64,000 nt of DNA, taken from NCBI GenBank assembly GCA_016840085.1, contig JAEOTA010000004.1, positions 32,001-96,000 on the forward strand, written 5' to 3'. The position numbers were made by a program, and so were the translations under genes. The notes beneath the pieces are model-generated. The model ran no database searches, was not told the origin of the DNA, and worked only from the letters and a program-made list of their open reading frames with translations. This stretch comes from Promethearchaeota archaeon. GTDB taxonomy: Archaea; Asgardarchaeota; Lokiarchaeia; Sigyniarchaeales; SOKP01. Shown here piece after piece: positions 1 through 9,961 of this stretch (position 1 is its first letter; the number at the start of each line of letters is the position of its first letter).

Positions 1-353
1 CATTTTCGAAGACGATAGATCTGTCCCCTTAATTTAGCAGGTATTTCTTTGCCAAATATATCTCGATTTTTCCAATCAATCATGGTACTAAGTCCTTTAT
101 CATGTATCATATAAGTCATAGGAGCACCAGTTCTAGTTCTCTTTTTTTTCTGATCCGCATCAAATGCTCTCCATTCTGGTCCCCGATCAATATGTTTTTC
201 AGAATGAACTAAGCCACATTCTTCACATACAAGTAATCCTCTATTTTCATCAAAGAAAATAGCTTTACCACATTCAGAGCAAATACCACTTTCTATACAC
301 AAGTTCTCATTTGATGCAGAATTTATTTCTCTCCAACTTGAAATAGAACACAC
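1..353 (-). CDS. tfb: Transcription initiation factor IIB (TFB), N-terminal part; runs off the window edge
   Basis: Manual translation from GTG at 353: ...[71 protein letters not shown]..., i.e. TFB Zn ribbon plus B-reader (GPEWRAF, HDKGLST). Not in the ORF track; start codon uncertain. Confidence 0.95.
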   Translation of the reverse strand, partial: MCSISSWREINSASNENLCIESGICSECGKAIFFDENRGLLVCEECGLVHSEKHIDRGPEWRAFDADQKKKRTRTGAPMTYMIHDKGLSTMIDWKNRDIFGKEIPAKLRGQIYRLRK

Positions 354-397
354 CTTTTTTAACTATATTCTTTTATTTTAAAAGAATTTTTGGAAAA

Positions 398-721
398 TTA
401 TGCTATTTTAGTATATAATTTGGTATTTGGTTCAAATGGTTGATTAGGTAAAGTCTTTATCGAAATAAAAGGGAGATTAAAGGGACCAAAGATATCTTTT
501 ACATTGCCAATTTTTTCATATTTTTCATTATACACTGGTTGTTTGAAAATTTTTTCGAGACTCTTATTCCACTGTTTAGCTCTAAAGATTTGATGTTTTT
601 TAGATTTTCCGATGTAGAAAAGATTTAATTTAACCCAGTTTTTTTTCAAAAGAGTCCCTTGCTTTAGCAATGAGATTAACATAAAAGATGGTGAGTAATA
701 TTTAAATATAATGGTTTTCAT
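398..721 (-). CDS. gar1: H/ACA RNP subunit Gar1/Naf1
   Basis: KIGNVKDIFGPFNLPFISIK matches the Gar1 core; conserved position upstream of tfb. True start probably internal. Confidence 0.8.
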   Translation of the reverse strand: MKTIIFKYYSPSFMLISLLKQGTLLKKNWVKLNLFYIGKSKKHQIFRAKQWNKSLEKIFKQPVYNEKYEKIGNVKDIFGPFNLPFISIKTLPNQPFEPNTKLYTKIA

Positions 722-801
722 TATTTTTTCTTACAAAAATGGAAATTAATAACTTAATAATCTAATTACAATTTAATCGAATTTTTTATTTAGAAAAAAT
801 T

Positions 802-1902
802 TCAGCAATAATTTTTCTGTAGTTGATATTTTCTCTTGCAATCACATTCAAATCTATTTTGTTCCAACTCACTTAAATTTTGAGAAAGAACAAAATTCTT
901 AAGTAATAGCTTTGCAGAATTCTCACATTCTCTTTTTAAGCAATTATGTATCCCTCTTCTCGTTCCAGCACCACTAGGATCAGACAAAATTCGAACTTTA
1001 TCTAAATCTTTTTGTGTTAGTGATTTTTTTAAACATTTAAATAGGGAATAATACCACGGAGGTCTATATCTATTTTGATACCAGAGATATTCCACAAGAG
1101 TGCCTTTTTGTATGTTCAATGGATTAATCGATATTGTATTTATTTCTAGTTCAATTAGTTTTCTAATTGAATTTACACAATCATCTATAGCAGCTTGTTC
1201 ATTAAGAAATGGTGGTTTAAATAATAAATAAGCTTTTACACCTATATTATACTCTTTACATTCTTTATATACTTCTTTAAAATCTTCGAATAGAAATCCC
1301 TTATTAATATAATTGTTTCTAATATAATCATTCACAGTTTCAAGTCCAATAGCGATCTCAACATATTTTTCTTTTAGAAATTCTTTTATCTCAGAAAGGC
1401 TCTCTGTAGTTATATATTCTAATCTGCTTTCTATGACGAATTCTTTAATATTTTCGATTTTTGCAATTCTTTCATAAATAGTTCGCCTAACATCTTCAGT
1501 GATTTCTTTTTCATCAAAAAAACTTCCCGAATTAAATATTTTTAATATATAATTATCATGATCCTTTTCTATCTCGCTAATTTTAGTGTTAATAGCATAA
1601 TTAAATTGATTTATAACTTGAGATTGATCAACATCATCAATATTTGCATCATTTACATATCCACACATCGTACATCCACCAGTTTCACCTAATGACCAAC
1701 TACATCCTTTTGTTCTCAGGATAATTGTGAATTGCTTTCCTATTTCATTAATAAGTCGATCTTTTTTTATCCAAAAAGCAATAGGTTGATTTAATTGTTC
1801 TTTTCCATATTTTTTCTTGTTTTTTAGAGTTTTTTCTCTAAAAAATTTAACTTTTTCTGCAATATATTCATTATATTCTTTTAAATTACTATTTTTTATC
1901 AT
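802..1902 (-). CDS. Archaeosine biosynthesis radical SAM enzyme RaSEA (TIGR01210-like)
   Basis: ILRTKGCSW...GGCTMCGY cluster motif, IFNSGSFFD, AIGLET, YRPPW; adjacent to ArcS. Confidence 0.9.
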   Translation of the reverse strand: MIKNSNLKEYNEYIAEKVKFFREKTLKNKKKYGKEQLNQPIAFWIKKDRLINEIGKQFTIILRTKGCSWSLGETGGCTMCGYVNDANIDDVDQSQVINQFNYAINTKISEIEKDHDNYILKIFNSGSFFDEKEITEDVRRTIYERIAKIENIKEFVIESRLEYITTESLSEIKEFLKEKYVEIAIGLETVNDYIRNNYINKGFLFEDFKEVYKECKEYNIGVKAYLLFKPPFLNEQAAIDDCVNSIRKLIELEINTISINPLNIQKGTLVEYLWYQNRYRPPWYYSLFKCLKKSLTQKDLDKVRILSDPSGAGTRRGIHNCLKRECENSAKLLLKNFVLSQNLSELEQNRFECDCKRKYQLQKNYC

Positions 1903-3979
1903 TGATTTTAACTATTCTCCCAGTTTTTGAATTCCTTATAAAATTCGAACCAACTATTAAATTTCCGGTTCCTATTACATCGTTTTTTTCCTTATTTATA
2001 ATGAACGTAAAATTGTTTGGGATTAAATCTTGACTGAAATCTATGATCCCCTTTCGAAATAATGTATTACCTTTAATGTGATCTGCATCAAAGACAATCG
2101 TATTTGAATCTATAGAATAGGGTACTTGAATTAATCGATTAATTCCCTTAAGTGTTAAATCTATTTGGCCTGTAGAGGATTTAAAAACTCCCAATCTTTC
2201 CTTGCTTTTTAAATCTATTAAATTAATATTACCATTAGACTTAAGTTTGATTTGTATTAATTCTTGTGAAATTACTCTCATTCCTGAACCGACACCAAAC
2301 TGATAATCTAATATTTTAATAAATTTTCGAATCCACGATTTTGTTAAAAAATCTCCTTTCTTTAACTGTTGTTTAGGGTTATACTTATCCTTGTATTCAC
2401 TAATTAAATATTCTAATGATTGAAGGGATTCTTTTGATGTTAATTTATCTGAAATTTTTGTAAAAAAGAATTTATGAGGTAATTTAGATTTAGCTCTCTC
2501 AACAATCTCATGATATTCATTTTTAAGATGACAAACAATCGGAATATCCTTATCATATTTTTCTAGCATTTTTACGAGCATTTTAGCAGCGATATTCAAT
2601 TCTTCATTATTCCAATCTCCTGTAACTGAAATATCATACGAATTAACAGGATAAATATTTTCAAATTGTCTTGGAATAACTCCTAAAGGTGAAGTCAGAA
2701 TAAATTCTTGGAAATTTGGAAATTCTGAAAATTTTCTTATTCTTTCATAAAATAATTTATGAGATTTAGATTCAGAATAAGGCTTTTTAGCTGAGCATGG
2801 AAGTAATATGATTAAAGTGGTCCATGGTTCAGGTTCAAAATTTATTATTGCTCTTTCTCTAAATTCTTTAAAATCTGGTCGATTATATGAAGATGGTCCA
2901 AGGCATCTAATTTTTCTATTTTTTATAGTTATAGGTGTTTCATATCTCATTAGATTAAAATATTCTTTATCTAACATTTTCAAAATTGAGATTAAATTAG
3001 TATCATCACACGTAGATTTTTCGACAAAGGCTCTATAATCTTCATAATTTAAATATTGGTTAATTTTATTCATGTAATTAGTTGCCGATATTATATTATG
3101 GAGACATAATAAATCTATTTTCTCAGAAGAATATTTAATATCAAAAAGATTCATTAATTTTCCTTTACAAGCAACACAAGTACAAGGTAAATACCTCACT
3201 TTATATATTGGAAGAAGATACTCTATCGTGTCATAGAAATTTTCAGCTGACAAATATAATAAATAAGAACTGTCAATTAGATCCACGCCTAAATATATTA
3301 AAATAGGATAAAATTTAGGGATTATCCTACCTGAAGCCATTACAACGAGATTGTTGTCCAATTCAGTTTTAATCTCAGAAATAACCCTTGAAATACCTCT
3401 AAAATTACTAAAATTATCAAAAACATCAGATAAGTTTAACAATTTAATATTTTCATTCTGAATTATAATTGGGATATAGAGTTTAAACAATTCAGAATAA
3501 TCAAAAACTTTAATCGTTATGCCAAAATTAAGATTTGGATATTTTTTTAAGATATATTTGATCTTTTTAAGATATTCTTTTATTTCTTTTTCTGCAAAAT
3601 CTTTGTTAATAGATGTTGTAGGAATATTAAAAGGTAATATTGATATTATCTTGTCTTCAGAGAAGATTTCTAAATTTCTTATTAAAAGATCTTCAAAATT
3701 CTCCAAAGTTCCATTAGAAGAAAAAATAAATCCTGTATCCTTGAATTTTTCACGAAGAAATCCAATTTTTAAAAATATCTCTTTTGAAATAATGAAGAGC
3801 TTGTGATTTTCAAATTCTTGTATAAAACTAAATTGTTTCATTAATGAATTTTTTATAGGAATAATTATATTTGGAGTGTTTATATATAGCTTCCGATCTC
3901 TAGATAATGATATCCGCCCTATTCTTGAATAACCTATCCTACTGGCTTTTAATTCAAAAAAATAATTCATACTTTTCAA
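1889..3979 (-). CDS. arcS: Archaeosine synthase alpha subunit ArcS (TGT-like + DUF5591 + PUA)
   Basis: TGT-like N-terminus (SRIGRI, GVDLID, CTCVAC...HN), LLPCSAKKPYSESKSH, TSPLGVIPR, YDISVTGDW, C-terminal PUA. Confidence 0.9.
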   Translation of the reverse strand: MKSMNYFFELKASRIGYSRIGRISLSRDRKLYINTPNIIIPIKNSLMKQFSFIQEFENHKLFIISKEIFLKIGFLREKFKDTGFIFSSNGTLENFEDLLIRNLEIFSEDKIISILPFNIPTTSINKDFAEKEIKEYLKKIKYILKKYPNLNFGITIKVFDYSELFKLYIPIIIQNENIKLLNLSDVFDNFSNFRGISRVISEIKTELDNNLVVMASGRIIPKFYPILIYLGVDLIDSSYLLYLSAENFYDTIEYLLPIYKVRYLPCTCVACKGKLMNLFDIKYSSEKIDLLCLHNIISATNYMNKINQYLNYEDYRAFVEKSTCDDTNLISILKMLDKEYFNLMRYETPITIKNRKIRCLGPSSYNRPDFKEFRERAIINFEPEPWTTLIILLPCSAKKPYSESKSHKLFYERIRKFSEFPNFQEFILTSPLGVIPRQFENIYPVNSYDISVTGDWNNEELNIAAKMLVKMLEKYDKDIPIVCHLKNEYHEIVERAKSKLPHKFFFTKISDKLTSKESLQSLEYLISEYKDKYNPKQQLKKGDFLTKSWIRKFIKILDYQFGVGSGMRVISQELIQIKLKSNGNINLIDLKSKERLGVFKSSTGQIDLTLKGINRLIQVPYSIDSNTIVFDADHIKGNTLFRKGIIDFSQDLIPNNFTFIINKEKNDVIGTGNLIVGSNFIRNSKTGRIVKINDKK

Positions 3980-4092
3980 TAAATACGACTAAATTACTGA
4001 ATTAATTTTTTTCTATTTAATTTATTGAAATATTCTAAAATTATTAAGAATTCACTCATTGGAAATTAATATATCTTTAAAGTCTTATTTTT

Positions 4093-5415
4093 TTAAAAAA
4101 TCAGAAAATTTGTATATAATTTTAACTCATCTAGGACAAAATGAGTAAAAGTGTCTTCGATTTCTTCTGTTAGATAAAGTTGTCTTATGAAATTTCCATA
4201 TTCCTCTATTTTCTTTACACGAACAATAGCTAATAAACCATATTGTTCGCCTATCCGAAAAAGATCAGTAATGTTTTTGTTATTTTCTAATTTGAAGGCA
4301 AGTTCATTGTATTTGGATGGATCTTTTGGTTTAATTCGGAGTATATACTTACCTTTAAAACCTATTTCTTTCGGAGAGAAATCAACTGTGTAATTTAGAA
4401 TTACACCTTGACGTTCAAGTTTTTTAATTCTATTATGTATCGTTGATTGTGATATTTCATCATTATGTTGTTCCTTAAAGATTTTTTTTATTTCGTATGT
4501 TGATATTGGTTTAAGTCCTTGCCCATCCCGCAAAATTTTTAATATTTTATAATCAATATTGTCTATTTTAAGATTTAGATCGATGTTTTTCTTATCTATT
4601 TTTATCCCAATCTTCCTTATAGCTTTAATTATCTTATTTATTACGTGTTCAGCGTCTGTAGTCTCTCTTAAACCGCTTACAATTATTTTACCATTTGAAG
4701 AAATTAAAATGGTTGTGTTAATTTTTTCAAGCTTCATAACAATACCCGGAAATTTCTTGGGATTATATTTAATATCCATATGATTTCGACCGATCAGATT
4801 TAAATCAATTTTCTCTGCAAGTTCTACCTCTGCATTCTCAATTATATAATCTGAATTAGTATCATAATCTTTTTTCTTTTTCAATATGAAATTTAATTGT
4901 TCTACGAGCTCCTCTTCAAAAGTCATATTTAAGCTCCTTAAGCTAATTCCATTTGTTTTAAACACCTTAATGGTTTCAATGATCTGATATTTTTTAAAAT
5001 ATGATCGCGCCATAATTTTATCAATTGTATTTAATATCTGATAATATTCCTCGGGGGATTTAAAGATAAATAAGGCGAATAGAGAAAATTCTCCAAAAAT
5101 ACCATCTAACATTTTTATCTGGGGGATATTCAGCAATTCCTCAACAAGTTCAGGCTCTTTTGGGTTAGTTTTAATTTCAAGCATGACATATTTTAGATTA
5201 TTCGGCCTAAGATTTGGATTAATATTAATTGTAAAATTAGTAATTATTTTTCGATCCCTTAAATTATCAAGCTTGTTTTGATATGTTTGTCTAGAGATAC
5301 CTATCGCACGGGAATTTTTTGAAATAATAAATTTGGTTTTTCCACTTAAATTTTTTATAAAACGCTGGACTTCTACTCGATCTTTATTATTGTTCATAAT
5401 ATAACAGTTTTGCAT
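4093..5415 (-). CDS. Tandem Lrp/AsnC regulator with an internal single TBP-fold domain (Lrp-TBP-Lrp)
   Basis: Two wHTH+RAM modules (aa ~15-160 and ~283-440; IDNIDYKILKIL...SQSTIHNRIKKLERQGVILNYT) flank aa ~189-275 YIIEN...IDLNLI...IKYNPKKFPGIVMKLEKINTTILISSNGKIIVSGLR, a TBP repeat signature. Confidence 0.85.
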   Translation of the reverse strand: MQNCYIMNNNKDRVEVQRFIKNLSGKTKFIISKNSRAIGISRQTYQNKLDNLRDRKIITNFTININPNLRPNNLKYVMLEIKTNPKEPELVEELLNIPQIKMLDGIFGEFSLFALFIFKSPEEYYQILNTIDKIMARSYFKKYQIIETIKVFKTNGISLRSLNMTFEEELVEQLNFILKKKKDYDTNSDYIIENAEVELAEKIDLNLIGRNHMDIKYNPKKFPGIVMKLEKINTTILISSNGKIIVSGLRETTDAEHVINKIIKAIRKIGIKIDKKNIDLNLKIDNIDYKILKILRDGQGLKPISTYEIKKIFKEQHNDEISQSTIHNRIKKLERQGVILNYTVDFSPKEIGFKGKYILRIKPKDPSKYNELAFKLENNKNITDLFRIGEQYGLLAIVRVKKIEEYGNFIRQLYLTEEIEDTFTHFVLDELKLYTNFLIF

Positions 5416-5535
5416 TTTCTTTTAGAAATATTAATTATATGTAAAACCTATTATAAAAATATTTGCACTTAACCAAAAATAGCTTTATTAATTAATTAAA
5501 ATTATAAAGTTTATAACAATAAAAGTGAATTTTAA

Positions 5536-6804
5536 ATGGTAAATTATAAAGTTGCCGATGAAAGTTTAGCAGAAAAAGGAAAGGAAGCACTATATATTGC
5601 AGAAAATAAAATGCCTGTAACCGCGAAAGTTCTGAGAGATCGTTTTGCTAAAGAAAAACCATTGGAAGGTATCACAATAGCAGGCTGCCTTCATGTAACA
5701 AAAGAAACAGGTAATTTGGCTCGCACTTTAAAAGCTGGAGGTGCTGAAGTATATTTATGTGGGAGTAATCCTCTCTCAACTCAAGATGATGTTACGGCTG
5801 CTCTGGTTCAGGAAGGAATAAATGTATTCGCATGGCATGGTAATACAGATGAGGAATTCTATTGGTGTATTCGTGAGTGTCTTAAGGCTAAACCCAATAT
5901 CCTAATTGATGATGGTGCCGATATGATTGTTACTGCGCATCAAGAGTTTGAAGATTTGATAAAATCGGGCACTATTATAGCATGCCAAGAGGAAACTACT
6001 ACGGGTGTTAAAAGATTTAGAGCGATGGAAAAGCAAGGAAAATTGAAGATACCTTTATTTCCTGTCAATGATGCTAGATGTAAGAATCAATTTGATAACG
6101 AGCTTGGAACGGGACAAGGAATTGTTTCTGCGATTTATGGAATGCATATTCTTTTTGCGGGTAAGGTTTGTGTGATTAGTGGATATGGACACTGTTCATC
6201 TGGAATGGCACTAAGAGCAAGGGGTCTTGGTGCTAACGTGGTTGTCACTGAAGTTGATCCGATTAAAGCACTTCAAGCTAAATTTGCAGGATATCAAGTT
6301 ATGCCTATAGCAGAAGCTCTACCAATTGCTGATATAATCCTAACAGCGACAGGGTGCAAACACGTGATTGCTCCGACAAAAGAGATGTTCAATAAGTTAA
6401 AAGACGGAGTAATTCTTGGTAATCTTGGACATTTTGACATTGAAATTCCAACCAAGGAATTATACGAATACGCAAAATGGATAAAACCTATTCGTTCTAA
6501 TGTGGAAGAATTGACCTTTCCTGATGGCAAAAGAGTTTATCTACTCGCCAAAGGGAGATTAGCTAACCTTGTTTTATCTGAGGGACACCCCAGTGAGATC
6601 ATGGATATGTCTTTTGCCCTTCAATCCTTAATGTCGGAATATATTGTAAAAAATAAAGATTCCCTAAAACCAGGTATGCTTGAGGTTCCAACTGATATTG
6701 ATGATAAAGTTGGTTTTCTAAAACTTAAAGCTATGGGTGTTGAGATTGATACCTTAACAACGGAACAATATAATTACATACACGGTTATGAAGAAGGAAC
6801 TTAA
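5536..6804 (+). CDS. ahcY: Adenosylhomocysteinase
   Basis: GCLHVTKET, SNPLSTQDD, DDGAD, EETTTGV, GHFDIEI, GRLANL, GHPSEIMDMSF motifs. Confidence 0.97.
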   Translation: MVNYKVADESLAEKGKEALYIAENKMPVTAKVLRDRFAKEKPLEGITIAGCLHVTKETGNLARTLKAGGAEVYLCGSNPLSTQDDVTAALVQEGINVFAWHGNTDEEFYWCIRECLKAKPNILIDDGADMIVTAHQEFEDLIKSGTIIACQEETTTGVKRFRAMEKQGKLKIPLFPVNDARCKNQFDNELGTGQGIVSAIYGMHILFAGKVCVISGYGHCSSGMALRARGLGANVVVTEVDPIKALQAKFAGYQVMPIAEALPIADIILTATGCKHVIAPTKEMFNKLKDGVILGNLGHFDIEIPTKELYEYAKWIKPIRSNVEELTFPDGKRVYLLAKGRLANLVLSEGHPSEIMDMSFALQSLMSEYIVKNKDSLKPGMLEVPTDIDDKVGFLKLKAMGVEIDTLTTEQYNYIHGYEEGT

Positions 6805-7033
6805 TTTTTATTTTATTTTTTTTTTACCTGCTGTTCACCCTGATCAATATGAAGGATCTGGTCTTTAAATCTCCCATTCACTACACCATTTTTTAACATA
6901 ACCAGTTGATTTATTTTACATTTTGGTAATATTATTTAATGGCATATTCCATACTCAAATAAAAAATCAGAATAAAATTTTAAGTCTTTACCTTTCTTTC
7001 AATTACCTCTTCTTTTTTAAAGGTAATATTGTC

Positions 7034-7160
7034 TTAAACAAGACTTAATTCTTTACGTAAGTTATCGGCCAGGTCTCCTAATCTATTAGCTGTAGCTTTA
7101 ACCTCTTCCATTGATGCACTTTGTTGTTCTGTAGCAGAATTTATTTTCTTTATTGAAGAA
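7034..7160 (-). pseudogene. Remnant C-terminus of a methyl-accepting chemotaxis (MCP)-like protein
   Basis: Minus-strand reading SSIKKINSATEQQSASMEEVKATANRLGDLADNLRKELSLV* resembles the MCP C-terminal methylation helix; the rest of the gene is absent. Confidence 0.6.
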
Positions 7161-7209
7161 TGAGACGCTTTAAATAAATAACTAAAAAAAGTATTAAAAA
7201 AGTTATTCT

Positions 7210-8826
7210 TTATTCAATTCTTTTAAGTTTTCTTAACCCGAATATAAAGATGGGAATAGCTATTAATGCTTGAATACCATTAAACCCTGCTAAGAATTCA
7301 TAAATCGCCCAATTTGAAGTAGGGGGTTCCGTAAATAGTGCGGCGATTAAAAAGATAAAACCTATGAACTGTCCCATTTGAATTGCTACGGTTATAAACA
7401 TATTCCCTCCCATATTTTTTCCTTTTTCTTCAAACGCAGGACGAAAACATTGTACTCCAATTGTTATAACGATTGCAAATATAGCAGAAAATAAAAAAGC
7501 GACAAAAGAAGATAGTATATCTATGAATTCAAATTCTAAAATGATACTGAGCGCAATTGTGAGTCCTATATCCATTAGAATTATTAATATTACCAGCGAA
7601 AACAAATAAGAATAGACCAGCCCGTTGACAGACCTAGGGGATTTCTTATATACCCAAAGTAGATCCTTAGAACCTACAAAGATATAACTCCCAAATATAA
7701 TACTCAATATAAATCCACCCATAAAGGTTCTTATTAATCTATATACTGCTGTAGTTATAAATTGACCACCCCCCATTTCAGGCACTATTAAGGGATACAC
7801 AATACCGAAAAAAGCAATGATTCCTATTGCGTAGACGAGTTTAGAAATATTTTCTTTTTTACGAAAGAATCCTTTAAATTGAACGATGACTAATCCTTCC
7901 CATTTTTTCCCGATAAACATCCTAAAAAATCCATATAGTTTACTCTCTTCTTCGATAATCGTAGCACCTTTTTCAGTACCCCCTTCTAGGCTATAAAAAG
8001 TATTTGCTTTCTTATATGAAAGATATAATACAAATAATGTTATGATAATAACTAATCCAATATTCATCCAAATATTTAGTATATAAGATTCCAAAAGCGA
8101 TGGCTCTAAGATATAAACAGCTATACTTGAAAACCAATATGCTGGATAAATAGAAAGCCAATTCTTAAGTTCTGGATGCTCTAGCAAATATTTAAAGAAA
8201 TATTGTAAACTATAGATAAGGGCGACCATTCCTATAGATATTATCATGAGCAGAACCTTGGCAAGATCTCGATATTTTTCCGAATCGGCGATTTTATGTT
8301 CGATCCAAGAAGATAGTATAGACCCTAACAACAATGCAAATAAACACATTCCAAAAACGTCAGTATAAATTACCAAAGTTTGTATGAAGGTTAGATCTAT
8401 AAGGGGATTGATGAGACCTACAATGGCAGGAGTAAGCCCAAGAACAAACAATAGCATAAACGGTAATTTTCCCACAAATTCTCCAAAAAAGATATCTCCC
8501 GCGGTTATAGGGGCTGCTAAAATCATCTCTTTATGACCAATCTCTGTTTGCCTATAGATAAAATTAAGCGGGTAGAGTATTATAATTATAAAGAATATCA
8601 TAAGCATATACTCAATGATTAACGCAACCGCAGGAACAATAATTGGTTTAAACTCCTCACTTTGAGCTAAAGTCGGCATAAAAGAATCAAATAATAATGG
8701 TGCTAAAATAAATCCCCATATCAATAACACACCATAGAGAATTACAAAAAAAAGCAGGCGATGTCTTCGAAATTTACTAGTTCTCCTTTTAAGTTCATTT
8801 TTTGCAATTACTTTCCATAAACCCAT
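7210..8826 (-). CDS. ABC-2-type transporter permease (multi-pass membrane protein)
   Basis: About 12-14 hydrophobic segments in two halves; directly downstream of an ABC ATPase. Confidence 0.8.
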   Translation of the reverse strand: MGLWKVIAKNELKRRTSKFRRHRLLFFVILYGVLLIWGFILAPLLFDSFMPTLAQSEEFKPIIVPAVALIIEYMLMIFFIIIILYPLNFIYRQTEIGHKEMILAAPITAGDIFFGEFVGKLPFMLLFVLGLTPAIVGLINPLIDLTFIQTLVIYTDVFGMCLFALLLGSILSSWIEHKIADSEKYRDLAKVLLMIISIGMVALIYSLQYFFKYLLEHPELKNWLSIYPAYWFSSIAVYILEPSLLESYILNIWMNIGLVIIITLFVLYLSYKKANTFYSLEGGTEKGATIIEEESKLYGFFRMFIGKKWEGLVIVQFKGFFRKKENISKLVYAIGIIAFFGIVYPLIVPEMGGGQFITTAVYRLIRTFMGGFILSIIFGSYIFVGSKDLLWVYKKSPRSVNGLVYSYLFSLVILIILMDIGLTIALSIILEFEFIDILSSFVAFLFSAIFAIVITIGVQCFRPAFEEKGKNMGGNMFITVAIQMGQFIGFIFLIAALFTEPPTSNWAIYEFLAGFNGIQALIAIPIFIFGLRKLKRIE

Positions 8827-8849
8827 TGTGAGAAATACCTCTTTTTATC

Positions 8850-9722
8850 TTATTTTTTCTGCTTTTTTTTTTTAGGAATATGGTTATTCATGTTTTTCTC
8901 GTCTCGCCACGCAAGTAGATCATCAATATGAGTTGCCCCAATTATTTTTAGATACGCATCTTCTAAATCTTTTGCACTCTGGGACTCAATGATCTCTTTA
9001 GGTTTTCCTTGTACCTTGAGCGCACCCTTATCGATTATACCAATTTTGTCGCACAATTCTTCCGCAGCATCTAATAAGTGCGTGCAAATGAAGATTGTCT
9101 TATCTGCTTTTTTCGCAAGCACAGAAATGAGGTCTTTTACCATTCTTGCTGCTGCAGGATCTAAATTCGAGGTAGGTTCATCGAGAAATATTATTTTAGG
9201 GTCTTGAATCAATGCCGCACATAGACATACTTTCTGTTTCATCCCCCGTGAATACCCCTCTAATAGGTCATTTTCACGCCCTTCCAAATCAAAAATATCC
9301 AGTAGTTCGTTAACTCTAGACGCAATCCTGTCTTCAGGAAGATAATATAATTCTCCTATAAATTCTAAGAATTCCTTTGCGGTTAGCTTCTGGTATAATC
9401 CAGGTGATTCTGGCAAGAATCCGCAGATCATTTTCACATCGCGACTTTGGGTTATAATATCAAAACCTCCCACCGTTGCGGTTCCCGCAGTAGGTCTTAT
9501 GATTGCGTTCAACATCCTAACAGTAGTCGTTTTCCCTGCTCCATTAGGTCCTAATAGTCCATAAGTCTGACCAAATGGAATCTCTAAATTTAATTCATCC
9601 ACAGCCACCACATTTCCAAAAACTTTTACAAGATTCGTGGTTTTTACCGCAAAATTATTCATTTTTGTTTTTTCTCCTCCTCTTTCAATATTATTATCTT
9701 CTTTGATTACTATTAACCACAA
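8850..9722 (-). CDS. ABC transporter ATP-binding protein (DrrA/NatA-like)
   Basis: GPNGAGKTT, YSRGMKQK signature, FLDEPTSNLD, CTHLL. Likely start MNNFAV at 9662. Confidence 0.95.
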   Translation of the reverse strand: MWLIVIKEDNNIERGGEKTKMNNFAVKTTNLVKVFGNVVAVDELNLEIPFGQTYGLLGPNGAGKTTTVRMLNAIIRPTAGTATVGGFDIITQSRDVKMICGFLPESPGLYQKLTAKEFLEFIGELYYLPEDRIASRVNELLDIFDLEGRENDLLEGYSRGMKQKVCLCAALIQDPKIIFLDEPTSNLDPAAARMVKDLISVLAKKADKTIFICTHLLDAAEELCDKIGIIDKGALKVQGKPKEIIESQSAKDLEDAYLKIIGATHIDDLLAWRDEKNMNNHIPKKKKQKK

Positions 9723-9961
9723 TTAACATTTACTAATCACAACTTTATTCTTTAAAATTTAAAGTTAAGCCTTAAAAATTTAGGTAAAGATTAATTTTCT
9801 CGTTATAAAATACGGACAATTCTAGAAAAAATTAATTATCATTTTGAGCAAGGGCATTATTCGGTGATTTTGGAGCACAATAAGTCCTGTTTACTATCCA
9901 TTCAAGCACTTGTCCAAAAACGCTACTTAAAACAACATTTAATCCAATTCGTATTATATGT

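Noticed and set aside
802-3979. arcS-RaSEA pair as a novel system
   Set aside because: This is the known archaeosine pathway.
6824-6900. Short minus-strand frame MLKNGVVNGRFKDQILHIDQGEQQV after ahcY
   Set aside because: Possibly a gene remnant, but too short to assign.
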